DNA of 64,000 nt, from assembly GCA_965219385.1 (NCBI GenBank), contig CBDCNM010000002.1, positions 2,986,305 through 3,050,304 of the forward strand, read 5' to 3'. This stretch comes from Candidatus Latescibacterota bacterium. GTDB taxonomy: Bacteria > Latescibacterota > UBA2968 > UBA8231. The notes under the pieces were generated by a model. That model had not been told where the DNA came from. It worked only from the letters and a program-made list of their open reading frames with translations, and did not search any database. The position numbers were made by a program, and so were the translations under genes. Of this stretch, positions 9,662 through 19,340 are shown piece by piece (the first letter of the stretch is position 1; each line of letters opens with the position of its first letter).

Positions 9662-11023
9662 TTACATATTATAACCCTGCTCGTCGTGCAGCGAAATATC
9701 CAGCCCCTGGGTTTCCTCATCTTCGCTGACCCGCAGCCCCACGACTGCATCGACGATCTTCAGGATGATGAAGGAAAGCACTCCACACCAGACAATGGTG
9801 AAAACAATGCCCATGAGCTGTGCTCCAAGCTGGCCGCCCATGCTGCTTATGCCGGCGCCAAAGCCCTGCCCACCCAGTCCTTCGGCGGCAAAAATACCCG
9901 TGAGGAAGGCGCCCACGATGCCTCCGATGCCGTGCACGCCGAAAGCATCCAGGGAATCGTCGTATCCCAGCTTGTGCTTGAGACTGGTAGCTCCCCAGAA
10001 GCACAAGATTCCCGAGGCCGCGCCAATGGCTATGGCGCCCATGGGACCGACACTACCCGAGGCCGGGGTAATCGCCACCAGGCCGCCCACCGCTCCGGTC
10101 ACAATACCCAGGACGCTCGGCTTGCCGTGTTTGATCCACTCCACGAGCATCCAGGCCAGGGCGGCCGATGCCGTGGCCACCTGCGTCACCAGCATGGCCA
10201 TGCCCGCGGCTCCGTCCGCGGCTACTGCGCTGCCTGCATTAAAGCCGAACCAGCCGACCCAGAGCATGGAAGCGCCGACCACGGTCAAGGTCAAGCTGTG
10301 AGGAGGTATGAGATCCTCGGGATACCCCTGGCGCTTGCCGATGACCAGGGCCACCACCAGACCAGCGATACCCGCATTGATGTGCACTACTGTGCCTCCG
10401 GCAAAATCCAGTACCCCCCGGTCTTCGAAAAAGGCGCCGTCCCCGCTCCAGGCCATGTGACAAATAGGCGCGTACACCACTGTAAACCAGATCGCCATGA
10501 ACAGCAGCATGGCCGAAAATTTCATGCGCTCGGCAAAGGCTCCGGCGATCAGCGCCGGAGTGATGATGGCAAAGGTAAGCTGAAAGGTGACGAATACCGT
10601 CTCCGGGATGGAGCCCGAGAGACTGTCCAGGCTGATTCCCCGGGCAAAGGCCTTGCCCAATCCCCCTACAAAGGAGTGGAAATTGGTTACCCCGGCTTGC
10701 ATACCGGTCGTATCGAAAGCCAGGCTGTAGCCATACAGGATCCACAAAACAGTGATCAGGCCGGTCAGGGCAAAGCACTGCATCAGGACCGACAGCACGT
10801 TTTTTGCCCGTACCAGGCCGCCGTAAAACAACGACAGACCGGGTATGGTCATGAACAGCACCAGCGCCGTCGAGGTGAGCATCCAGGCGGTGTCGCCCGA
10901 ATCGAGTCCGTCGGCCTGGGCCAGACCCGGCAGCGCCAGGGTGGCAAGCATCAGGAGTACACCCAGGCGATATCCTGGGTGTACTCCCTTCCCGGACCTT
11001 GATAAGACATGCAGTATTTGCAT
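9662..11023 (-). CDS. amtB: Ammonium transporter
   Basis: GDTAWML, FAERMKF, DFAGGTVVHINAG, GWFGFNAGS, DDSLDAFGVHG (twin His present). Confidence 0.97.
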   Translation of the reverse strand: MQILHVLSRSGKGVHPGYRLGVLLMLATLALPGLAQADGLDSGDTAWMLTSTALVLFMTIPGLSLFYGGLVRAKNVLSVLMQCFALTGLITVLWILYGYSLAFDTTGMQAGVTNFHSFVGGLGKAFARGISLDSLSGSIPETVFVTFQLTFAIITPALIAGAFAERMKFSAMLLFMAIWFTVVYAPICHMAWSGDGAFFEDRGVLDFAGGTVVHINAGIAGLVVALVIGKRQGYPEDLIPPHSLTLTVVGASMLWVGWFGFNAGSAVAADGAAGMAMLVTQVATASAALAWMLVEWIKHGKPSVLGIVTGAVGGLVAITPASGSVGPMGAIAIGAASGILCFWGATSLKHKLGYDDSLDAFGVHGIGGIVGAFLTGIFAAEGLGGQGFGAGISSMGGQLGAQLMGIVFTIVWCGVLSFIILKIVDAVVGLRVSEDEETQGLDISLHDEQGYNM

Positions 11024-11060
11024 GATATCCCCCCTTGTTGATGGTTGTAATTTCTAAAAG

Positions 11061-11089
11061 TATATAATGCATCGGTCGGCCCATATCAA
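11061..11089 (-). promoter_or_regulatory. Possible sigma70-type promoter of amtB-glnK
   Basis: TTGATA-N17-TATATA on the minus strand, about 40 nt upstream of the ATG. Confidence 0.35.
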
Positions 11090-11223
11090 GTATTTTTTGT
11101 AGTGCGAATTTCGGTTCGGGAGGCTGCTTGCGGTCGTAAAAGCATTGCCAGCCCTCCCATACGGCTATGGCCTTTGGGGTGGGCTTGACATGGTTCTCTG
11201 CGAAGAATTAGTTACACTTAGCG

Positions 11224-11343
11224 ATGCAGGGGGCATTTGCGCACATCTTTCCGGTGCTGGTGACCTACATGACCTCGGGCCCCGAGGTGGAAGGGTACGC
11301 CCGGGGAAAAGATGTGGCCCTGTATTTTTCCTACGATTTCTGA
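11224..11343 (+). pseudogene. Short gene remnant, probably the C-terminus of a lost hypothetical/nuclease-like gene
   Basis: MQGAFAHIFPVLVTYMTSGPEVEGYARGKDVALYFSYDF*; protein-like, but family recalled only loosely. Confidence 0.35.
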
Positions 11344-11464
11344 CGAGGTAAACCCAACGCGCTTCTGGCTCGAGCGCGAAAGGCACGGCAGTGGGTCACT
11401 GCCTGGCGGACGGTTGGCTTGTCCGCGGTTTCTCCAGGATAGCGAAATATAATCGCAAATACAG

Positions 11465-11617
11465 TCAGGATTCATACAGAGCCTTGCCCTTTTCGGTAAT
11501 CTCCTCGAGAAAGAAATCGTTCAAGGCAAGTCTTCTCTGCATGTCTTCCGGTGTTCGCACGACAAAATCTACGGGGATACGCGGCTTTACTTTCCGCATG
11601 ATTTCAAGCGCTTTATT
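11465..11617 (-). pseudogene. C-terminal remnant of a minimal nucleotidyltransferase (MNT antitoxin)
   Basis: NKALEIMRKVKPRIPVDFVVRTPEDMQRRLALNDFFLEEITEKGKALYES*; upstream in-frame stop, GSxAxG motif missing. Confidence 0.7.
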
Positions 11618-11668
11618 GCTGCCTGTAGCAAATGTACCCAGGCTCAGAAGATCGGGTCAATGAGTGCG

Positions 11669-13978
11669 CTAATCCGACTCTATAAAATGCAGGACCTGAT
11701 CGGCATCCAGACGCTGGTGTTTCTCGGTTTTGCCGGAAGGCCAGAAGATCTCCAACTCGTCGACCTGGGTGCGGGCGCCCAGGCCGAATTCCAGCGCCAG
11801 GCTGTTGGATGAGCCAAAGCCAAAGCCGCTGCTGATCTCGGCCTCCTGGACCCGATCCCCGGAGCGGACCCGGACGCGGGTGCCTATGGCGCTGTGGTTG
11901 GAGTTCCTGCCCTGGACCTTTACTACGAGCCAGTGGTTGGCGTGTCCCTCGTTGCGGTAGAGGCTGTTGGCCCACAGATCTCCCGGGTAGTGGCCCCCGA
12001 TCCCGGCGTAGAGGTCCAGGTCGCCGTCGCTGTCAAAGTCGGCGAAGGTGGCGCCGTGGCCTTTGCCCAGGTTGCCCACACCCGCCGATTCGGTGATGTC
12101 GGCAAAGCGGTCGCCTTTGTTGTGATAGAGGATATTGGGCTCGAAACGCGGCATGACCGGCCCGCCATTGGACAAATAAATATCCACCAGGCCGTCGTAG
12201 TCCACGTCGCCGAGACCGGCCCCCATCGAACCGAAAAACCGGGCCAGGCCCGCCTCCGGGGCCACGTCGGCGAAGGTGCCGTCTCCATTGTTGTGATACA
12301 GATGGACCCGGTGCGGGCGATCGGCCCGGCCGCTCACCTGGGATTGGACAAAATCCTCGTAGTAGGCCATGGCCGAGACAAACAGGTCCGGGCGCAAGTC
12401 GTTGTTGTAGTCGAAGAAGAAGGCCACGTACCCGCCCTGGGCTGGATCGGCCACGCCCGCCGCCCCGGTCACATCCGCGAAACGGCCGTTGCCCTGGTTG
12501 CGGTACAGGGTATTGGGACCGGCCACATCGGCTACGTACAGGTCCGGGTCCCCATCCAGGTCGTAGTCGCCGAAGACCACGCCCAGGGATTTGCCCGGGT
12601 GGCCCACCCCGGCCTCCGCGGCCTGGTCAATGAAGTGGCCGTTGCCCTGGTTGTGGTAGAGCTTGTTGGGCGAGCCATCTCCAGTAATGCCATCGGCCAC
12701 GTACAAATCCAGGTTGCCGTCGTTGTCGTAGTCGCCCCAGGTCGCGGTGAAACTGGCCTCGGCCCCGGCCACCCCGGCTTCCTCGCCGACATCCTTGAAT
12801 TTTCCGCCGTCCTGATTCTGGTAGAGGGAGTTGAGAGCCCGGCCTTCCCAGGCATCCCGGGTGACGTAGAGATCCAGGTCGCCGTCGTTGTCGTAGTCGG
12901 CGCACAGGGCGCCCCAGCCGCCGCGCGGATCGTGGAGGCCGACCTCCAGGGTGATGTCTGAAAACGAGACACCCTCGTGGTTGCGGTAGAGGGCGTGGGG
13001 CACCTGGATGCCCACGGTGAACAGGTCGAGGTCGCCGTCGTTGTCGTAGTCGCCCCAGGCGCTGCCCCGACCCCGGTCCTTTTTGGCCACCCCGACCGCG
13101 GCGGCCACATCCGCGAAGCGTACGGGGGCGGTTTCGGCCCGGGATTTTATGCGGACCTGGTAGGGGGGGGGCAGGTCGCCCGGATACTCGCCATACGCCC
13201 CCAGGTAAGCAAGGCGCAGGTTCCACTGCCGCACCGGGCGCTGCGGGGAGGTGGGAGGCAGGCTGTCGATGGCCTGTTTATAGGCCTCCACGGCTCCTTC
13301 GTAGTCTTCTTGCCAGTGGAGCGCCGTGCCCAGGAGAAAACTCAGGTGGGCGTTTCCGGGTTTTTTCAGGAGCAATTGTTCCAGTTCCGTGGCCGCCTGG
13401 GCAAAAAGACCCAGATTCAAGCGGGAGACCGCGGCTCCGCTCTGGGCTTGAAAGTGGGTCGGGGCGGATTGTAGGATGGCTGTATACTGTTCGAGGGCAC
13501 CCTCAGGATCGGGTGGGGCCTGGGTCATGAGCAGGTCGGCCAGGGCCATGCGGGGGTGGATTTTCCCAGGGAAATCCGCCACAATGGCCTGGAGCAACTC
13601 TCTGGCTTCGCCTTTGCGCTGAAGCTTGAGATAGCTGCGGGCGCGCTGAAAGCGGGCTTCGATGCGCCGGGGATCGAGACCCTGGGCCTGCTCCAGATGG
13701 GGAAGGGCTTCGGCAAAACGCCTCTGGCGCATGTAGACCTCGCCCAGGCCGAGCCAGGCTTCGTAGTGGGCAGGATCGAGTTGGAGGAGTTGCTCGAAGG
13801 TAGCAGCAGCGGCCCGGGGTTGCCGGTTTTTTATCTGGCCGAGGGCCTTCTGGTAGAGCCGGTCGACTTGCTGGCGGTCGACTTCGACCTGCCGTTCCCC
13901 TGGGGTGCAGCTGGAGAGTGCTACAAGCAGGCCCATCAGCAGGCTTCTGAGGGTGCAGGTGGAGAATAAAAAGGGCAT
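11669..13978 (-). CDS. TPR + FG-GAP/VCBS repeat + ASPIC/UnbV (CRTAC1-family) predicted lipoprotein
   Basis: LSSC lipobox, N-terminal TPRs, repeated WGDYDNDGDLDL / NxLYRN, C-terminal NHWL...FGLG...IFWPSG. Confidence 0.88.
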   Translation of the reverse strand: MPFLFSTCTLRSLLMGLLVALSSCTPGERQVEVDRQQVDRLYQKALGQIKNRQPRAAAATFEQLLQLDPAHYEAWLGLGEVYMRQRRFAEALPHLEQAQGLDPRRIEARFQRARSYLKLQRKGEARELLQAIVADFPGKIHPRMALADLLMTQAPPDPEGALEQYTAILQSAPTHFQAQSGAAVSRLNLGLFAQAATELEQLLLKKPGNAHLSFLLGTALHWQEDYEGAVEAYKQAIDSLPPTSPQRPVRQWNLRLAYLGAYGEYPGDLPPPYQVRIKSRAETAPVRFADVAAAVGVAKKDRGRGSAWGDYDNDGDLDLFTVGIQVPHALYRNHEGVSFSDITLEVGLHDPRGGWGALCADYDNDGDLDLYVTRDAWEGRALNSLYQNQDGGKFKDVGEEAGVAGAEASFTATWGDYDNDGNLDLYVADGITGDGSPNKLYHNQGNGHFIDQAAEAGVGHPGKSLGVVFGDYDLDGDPDLYVADVAGPNTLYRNQGNGRFADVTGAAGVADPAQGGYVAFFFDYNNDLRPDLFVSAMAYYEDFVQSQVSGRADRPHRVHLYHNNGDGTFADVAPEAGLARFFGSMGAGLGDVDYDGLVDIYLSNGGPVMPRFEPNILYHNKGDRFADITESAGVGNLGKGHGATFADFDSDGDLDLYAGIGGHYPGDLWANSLYRNEGHANHWLVVKVQGRNSNHSAIGTRVRVRSGDRVQEAEISSGFGFGSSNSLALEFGLGARTQVDELEIFWPSGKTEKHQRLDADQVLHFIESD

Positions 13979-14037
13979 GGAACACCTGCTTTAGAGCGCT
14001 GGTGCATTTGTTGGGCTCTAAGAAGGCTTCTGAGAGT

Positions 14038-15210
14038 TTATTCGACCATCTGCATGAGGCGCTGGGTCATGGAGCCTTCCTGGGTGAGGGCGAAGACCAC
14101 GGTGTTGACGCCCAGGTGCAGGTTGCGGGTGGTTTCCATGCCGGCGGTGCGTCCCCGGGCGTAAATGTAGGTATTGACATTGGCCGCAGCCAGCCGGTCC
14201 CCGATCCACAAGCCGCTCAGATCGTTTCTGGTCCGTGGGGAGCCGTACCCATCGGTCGAGATCGCCGGCCCGCCCAGTGCGAAGAAACAGTTGTAGAGCG
14301 GGTGATCATTGGGGATGCGTTCCCGAAAGAAGTCCCGTCCCTCCACCAGACCGCCGTACTTCACCAGGGCCTCGGAGGGCACACCCCCGAGGACGAATCC
14401 GCCGGCCAGCACGTAGCGGGACAGTTGTTCCAGCTCCTGTTCGGTCCGTCTGCCGCTGCCCTTGGGGATGATGATGGGGGTCTCCAACAGGCGCTCGTCG
14501 GCTATGCTCATGTGGTCCAGAAAGTCCACCTTAAGGTCGGTATAGGTCTTCAGGGCCTGGACCAGGTACAGCAGGGAAAGGTTGTCGTATTGCTGCATGA
14601 GTTCGGCATGCTGGCCCTGATGCTGAAGTTCGGTGGAGACCCGGGCGATTTTTAAAAAGCCCTTGATGGCCTGCGGGTTGCCCGGATCCTGCACCACCAT
14701 GGCCCGGTAGCGGCCGGTGTCCATGCTTTTGACATCCAGCATTTCCAGGCCCATGTCGATCTTGTTTTCGGGCTGCCGGGTGCCCTGGATGGCCTGGCTC
14801 ATCAGGGCCGGCTCCAGGACGAGAGACGCGGTCGGCATCTCGCCGGTGAGCGAGGCGCTGGTGGTGACGATCTGGCCGATCAGGCCCCGGGTATCAAAGG
14901 CGGCGGTGGCCTGCACCTGGTCCATGCGGGCGGCGGCCAGCTTGACCTGGCGGCGCAGCAGCTGGCGCTTGGGCTGGGGAATTTTGCGCAATTCCAATGG
15001 TTTGGTCAGCCGCGGCTCGCGTTTGACAAAGCGGGTGGTCAGGGGCCTGGGGGCCTTTTCCAGGGTCTGCTGGAAGGGATTGACCCCCACCACGGCCAGA
15101 TGAACGGCCAGGGCCAGGCCGAGGGCTGCCCACAGGGCCTTGCGGGCCCGGCGCAGCAGGCCATCGAGATCTAGAGCGGCGGTGGGGCTGGCAAAGCGCG
15201 AACTCTTCAT
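14038..15210 (-). CDS. Membrane-anchored protein, DUF4159-like C-terminal domain
   Basis: TM ALWAALGLALAVHLAVV, Pro/Lys/Arg-rich linker, then ELEQLSRYVLAGGFV...DHPLYNCFF...LGVNTVVFALTQEG. Confidence 0.55.
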   Translation of the reverse strand: MKSSRFASPTAALDLDGLLRRARKALWAALGLALAVHLAVVGVNPFQQTLEKAPRPLTTRFVKREPRLTKPLELRKIPQPKRQLLRRQVKLAAARMDQVQATAAFDTRGLIGQIVTTSASLTGEMPTASLVLEPALMSQAIQGTRQPENKIDMGLEMLDVKSMDTGRYRAMVVQDPGNPQAIKGFLKIARVSTELQHQGQHAELMQQYDNLSLLYLVQALKTYTDLKVDFLDHMSIADERLLETPIIIPKGSGRRTEQELEQLSRYVLAGGFVLGGVPSEALVKYGGLVEGRDFFRERIPNDHPLYNCFFALGGPAISTDGYGSPRTRNDLSGLWIGDRLAAANVNTYIYARGRTAGMETTRNLHLGVNTVVFALTQEGSMTQRLMQMVE

Positions 15211-15289
15211 AGTTCACAACTCCTGCTTGCTTACATTGGGTTGGTACTAGAAATTGGCAGCGAGTGGCCTAATTGTCAACCATAAAGTG

Positions 15290-16360
15290 TTAGTCCCCGT
15301 TTTTTATAGGGGCGCTCCAGGTGCGGGTGGATTTGCGCTTTTTGGAAATCACCCGGTCGCCGGACTGGATGCCCTCGCCTAGTTTGCGCAGTTTTTTATC
15401 GATTTTGCGCACCCGGGCAACGGCGGTGGTGGAATCCACCTGGACCACCTGGACCTGCCCTACCTTTTGTGCGGCGGGAAGGGGACGCCACACATCCAGT
15501 TTCAGGCGAGAGGAAACCCCGTGCACGGCACCGATGTTCAGCAAAACCCGGCGCTTGCCCTTTTCTTCGGGCAACAACTCCACGATTTCTCCTTCGAGCG
15601 GCAGGTTGCCGTCCAGGCCGGTATAAAAGGAGGCAGCCAGGCCAACCAGCAGGCCCCTGGCCGTGTCTATATCGTCCCGGGGCTCGGAAATGAACCAGCG
15701 ATCGGCCGCCTCCAGGATATGGCGGAGCGGCGAGCGGGGGACATTCGTAAGCCGCAGGATATCGGCCATGAAGTTCTGCAGCATTTCGGGATGGGTGGCA
15801 CCGGGGTGTTTGGCCGGATTGAAGATGTAGTCGTACCTGCCGTGGGGAATGGCCGCGGTGCTGTCGCTCATCCTGGACCAGAACCGCTTTCCCTTGCGGG
15901 CATCCACCAGCCCGAGTTCGAGCTGGGCGATGAGGATCGGTTCGGAGATGACCTCCATATCTCCCGGTTCATAGTATAACTCATCCGCTATATGGATATC
16001 GTGCGATGTGCCGAGGTACTGTTTGTTGCGGTAGGATTTGTGCAGCTGGCGGACGAAAACCTGGGCGAAAAAATCCACGGCCCCGTACTGGGCCTGGCTC
16101 TCACTGCTGGAATCCGAGGAAAGCTCGAAGGCTTTGCAGCGGCCCAGAGCCTTGAAGAGGACCAGTATGTCCTGGTGCAGATTGTCCAGGAGTAAAGGTT
16201 TGACGCGCAGCAGGTGAGGGGGCATGCCGGCCGCGTCTACCTGGTCCACGATTTCGACCCCAATGACCAGTTCGCGCGGCTGGGACGAGCACGGGGTCGC
16301 GTGGCCGACAAAGACGAGCGTCAGTCCGATCAGAGAAATGTTCCCGAGGTTTCCCGTCAT
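15290..16360 (-). CDS. Exported hypothetical protein, FlgT-C-like beta domain at C-terminus
   Basis: Signal-like N-terminus; VLLNIGAVHGV...VGQVQVVQVDSTTAVARV...IQSGDRV. Confidence 0.5.
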   Translation of the reverse strand: MTGNLGNISLIGLTLVFVGHATPCSSQPRELVIGVEIVDQVDAAGMPPHLLRVKPLLLDNLHQDILVLFKALGRCKAFELSSDSSSESQAQYGAVDFFAQVFVRQLHKSYRNKQYLGTSHDIHIADELYYEPGDMEVISEPILIAQLELGLVDARKGKRFWSRMSDSTAAIPHGRYDYIFNPAKHPGATHPEMLQNFMADILRLTNVPRSPLRHILEAADRWFISEPRDDIDTARGLLVGLAASFYTGLDGNLPLEGEIVELLPEEKGKRRVLLNIGAVHGVSSRLKLDVWRPLPAAQKVGQVQVVQVDSTTAVARVRKIDKKLRKLGEGIQSGDRVISKKRKSTRTWSAPIKNGD

Positions 16361-16383
16361 GAATATCGACCTTAGAAGGCTTC

Positions 16384-17634
16384 TTATCGGCCTGTTTTTT
16401 CCAAACGCTTGCGCATCAACTCGTCCAGCAGGCGCGCTGCCTGTGGATGGGATTGGGTGCCCGGGGTATTCCGCAGAAAGAGAATCGCCTCGTCCAGCCG
16501 GCCCTGGTAGTGGTAGATGAGGGCCAGATTGAAGACCACCTGCATCATGGTCGGGTCCAGTTTAAGGGCCTGCTGCACGAAGTGCTCGGCCTGGTTTAAA
16601 TCACCCGCCTGTAGCTGCGCCTGCCCCAGAGTATTGTATAGCCGCAGCATATCCCGGGGCGCGATCTTGCCTTCATTCCCGGGCAAGCGGGTCTGCTCCA
16701 GGGCCTTTTTTAGGGCGGCAATGGCCTCCTCGGTGCGTTTGACCCCGAGGAGGGCGGTGCCGTAATTGCACCAGTGCATCGGGTTGTTCTCGCCTTCCGA
16801 GACCAGAGGAGAAAATTGGGCCAAGGCGGCCGCGAAATTTCCCTGGCTCAGGTAGCGTTCTCCGCGTTTTGAAAACCAGTACGGGGTCGCGCCCACCCTT
16901 TCGGCCTCGCGCCACAGGGAGTCGGGCATGCTCCTCGTTTTAATGTACTTGCGCGCGGCCTGAGCATGCCGGGCCGCAGCCTGTTCCCGGCCCAGCGCCA
17001 GGGCTACCTGCGCCAGGGCCGAGTGCACTTCACCCCGTCTCGGATCCAGTTTTAGGGCCTGCTGCAAGATCCGGCGGGCCGCCTCGAATTGCCGGGCCGA
17101 AAGCGCCAGCTGTCCCAGACCGAGGTGGGCGAAAAAATTCTTCGGGTCCAGCTCCAAGGCCTGCTCAAAGTATTGCCGCGCCTCCTCCAAGCGGCCCAGG
17201 TTCCTGAGGGCATAGGCGCAATAAATATAGGCCGGCGGGTAGTTCGGGTCGAGTTCCAGAGCCCGGGTCAGGGCAGCGGCCGCCCTGGAGGGCTCTTTTT
17301 CGTGCAGGGCCCGGCCCAGAAAATAGAGCCAGCGAAACCCGTCGCTTTCTAGTTCCGCGGCGCTCTGATAGTAGGGGATGGCCTGGTCTTCCCAGCCGTG
17401 GACGAAGTAGAGGTGGCCCAAATGGGCCCAGGCCGCGGCCGAGTCGGGTGTAGCGGCAATGACATTCCGGGCCTCTTGTATGGCCTCCAAGAGCAGGGGT
17501 TTGGAGACCTGCGACAGGTCCGGATGAGGCATGGATACCAGATTCCGGCTCCCGGAGCCGTTCCCGCACCCACAGAAAAGGGCGATGCCGCATCCACTCA
17601 GTAACGCTGTAAAGCAGAGCCTCTTCACGGCCAT
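16384..17634 (-). CDS. TPR-repeat lipoprotein
   Basis: FCGC lipobox; repeated ALELDP-type TPR motifs; overlaps the upstream CRTAC1 gene. Confidence 0.85.
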   Translation of the reverse strand: MAVKRLCFTALLSGCGIALFCGCGNGSGSRNLVSMPHPDLSQVSKPLLLEAIQEARNVIAATPDSAAAWAHLGHLYFVHGWEDQAIPYYQSAAELESDGFRWLYFLGRALHEKEPSRAAAALTRALELDPNYPPAYIYCAYALRNLGRLEEARQYFEQALELDPKNFFAHLGLGQLALSARQFEAARRILQQALKLDPRRGEVHSALAQVALALGREQAAARHAQAARKYIKTRSMPDSLWREAERVGATPYWFSKRGERYLSQGNFAAALAQFSPLVSEGENNPMHWCNYGTALLGVKRTEEAIAALKKALEQTRLPGNEGKIAPRDMLRLYNTLGQAQLQAGDLNQAEHFVQQALKLDPTMMQVVFNLALIYHYQGRLDEAILFLRNTPGTQSHPQAARLLDELMRKRLEKTGR

Positions 17635-19334
17635 TCTCCCGTTCCCTGGCGGAGGGTCACCTCGCGGTCGACGGCTCTTGTTTTAAAGCGCTCCCGGCTG
17701 TGGTCGGGCCATTTTACCTCGATGGCATCGATGGCATCGGTTGGGCCCAGGCCAAAGTGCGCCTGCGGTGCGCTGCTGCTCAGATAGCTGTAGGCCGCCA
17801 CTACCAGTCCGGCCCATTCCTTTTCCCCCGCCCGGATTTTCACCAGGGCGCCGATGGCATCCCTCTTTCCGACCAGGGCCCGCACCCGGAGCCAGTGATG
17901 GCCCGCGGATGGGGCTTGGTTGCGGAAAACCCGGATCCCACCGAGCGCCCCGGTCACCAGGTCGATGGCTCCATCGCGGTCAATGTCGCCGAAGGCGAGT
18001 CCCCGGTACACATCTATCCGGGTGTTGAAAAGGCCGGCGTGGGCACTGACGTTGCTGAAATGCCCGCGGCCGTCGTTCCGGAAGAGCAGGTTGGGCTCGG
18101 CATAGCGGTTCCAGAAGGGGCCGGCGCGGGCTCCGGACAGCACCGGGCCGCGATGGATGCGGCCGTTGACCAGGGCCAGGTCCAGGTCCCCGTCGTTTTC
18201 GAGGTCGAAGAAGCCGCAGCCAAAGCCGGTGTAGGGCAGGTCCACTGTGCCGAATCCGGAGGTGGCGGTCTGGTCGGCAAACATAGCGCCCTCCTGGCCC
18301 AGGTAGAGGGTGTTGGTCTCGTGGCGCAGATGGGTCATGAACAGATCGAAAAGGCCATCGGCATTCGCATCGCCTATGGTCACGCCCATACTGGCTTCGG
18401 TGCGTCCATAGGCATTCACTCCCACCCCGCGCGCCACGGCCTGGTCCACAAAGGTGCCGTCCCCGCGGTTGATCCAGAGCTGGTTCAAATCCGCGTCGTT
18501 GGCCACGTAGATGTCCACCCGGCCGTCGCCGCTCAAATCCGCGCAGATCACGCCCAGGCCCTTGCCTGGCGCGTGGATGCCGGCCGCGGTGGTGACATCA
18601 GCGAAGGAGCCGTCGCCCTGGTTGCGGTAGAGCTTGTCGAGGGTGCCCTCGAAGTGCTGGGGGCCGCAGTATTCCGGGGCATTGCTCAGATCGTTGCAGA
18701 TGGTGCCGGTGTAGTGGAGGTAGTGCACCACGTAAAGATCCAGATCGCCGTCCGCGTCGTAGTCGAAAAAGGCGGCCGAGGTGCTCCACGCCTTCCCGCC
18801 AAAACCGGTCCGGGTGGTGGCCTCCGAGAAGGTGCCGTCGCTGTTGTTCAGGTAGAAGGCATTGGGGCCGTAGTTGGTCACGTACACATCCACATCGCCG
18901 TCGTTGTCCGCATCGCCCGTGGCCACGCCCTGTCCGTACCCGGGATCGCCCAGGCCGGAGGTTGCGGTCACGTCGGCAAATTTTCCGTCTGGTTGCTGCT
19001 GGAAGAGCTGGTTCGGGGCCTGGTCGCGCGGGCGGCCGGGCGGGGGGGAGCGGATCTGGAGGAGGTCGAGATCGGCATCGTTGTCGTAGTCGAAGAGAGC
19101 CAGTCCGCCCCCCATGAGTTCGGGCAGGAAGTAGGTTCCCTGGGGCTGGTTCGACGCGGCGCGGTCGAGGCCGAGTTCGGCGGTGATATCGGTGAAGAGG
19201 GGCGGGAGTTTTTCACTGGGTGGAAGTGGGGTTTCTCCTTTTTCGCAGGCGGAGAAGAGGATGGTAAAGAGGCCAAGAAGAACCACTAGAGTACTTCGCG
19301 ATCCGCCGATTCTACCAAAAGAATAAATACGCAT
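17625..19334 (-). CDS. CRTAC1-family (FG-GAP + ASPIC/UnbV) lipoprotein
   Basis: FSAC lipobox; LPELMGGGLALFDYDNDADLDL; YCGP; ASMGV; YSYLS...HFGLG...VKWP. Confidence 0.9.
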   Translation of the reverse strand: MRIYSFGRIGGSRSTLVVLLGLFTILFSACEKGETPLPPSEKLPPLFTDITAELGLDRAASNQPQGTYFLPELMGGGLALFDYDNDADLDLLQIRSPPPGRPRDQAPNQLFQQQPDGKFADVTATSGLGDPGYGQGVATGDADNDGDVDVYVTNYGPNAFYLNNSDGTFSEATTRTGFGGKAWSTSAAFFDYDADGDLDLYVVHYLHYTGTICNDLSNAPEYCGPQHFEGTLDKLYRNQGDGSFADVTTAAGIHAPGKGLGVICADLSGDGRVDIYVANDADLNQLWINRGDGTFVDQAVARGVGVNAYGRTEASMGVTIGDANADGLFDLFMTHLRHETNTLYLGQEGAMFADQTATSGFGTVDLPYTGFGCGFFDLENDGDLDLALVNGRIHRGPVLSGARAGPFWNRYAEPNLLFRNDGRGHFSNVSAHAGLFNTRIDVYRGLAFGDIDRDGAIDLVTGALGGIRVFRNQAPSAGHHWLRVRALVGKRDAIGALVKIRAGEKEWAGLVVAAYSYLSSSAPQAHFGLGPTDAIDAIEVKWPDHSRERFKTRAVDREVTLRQGTGEWP

Positions 19335-19340
19335 GCGATC

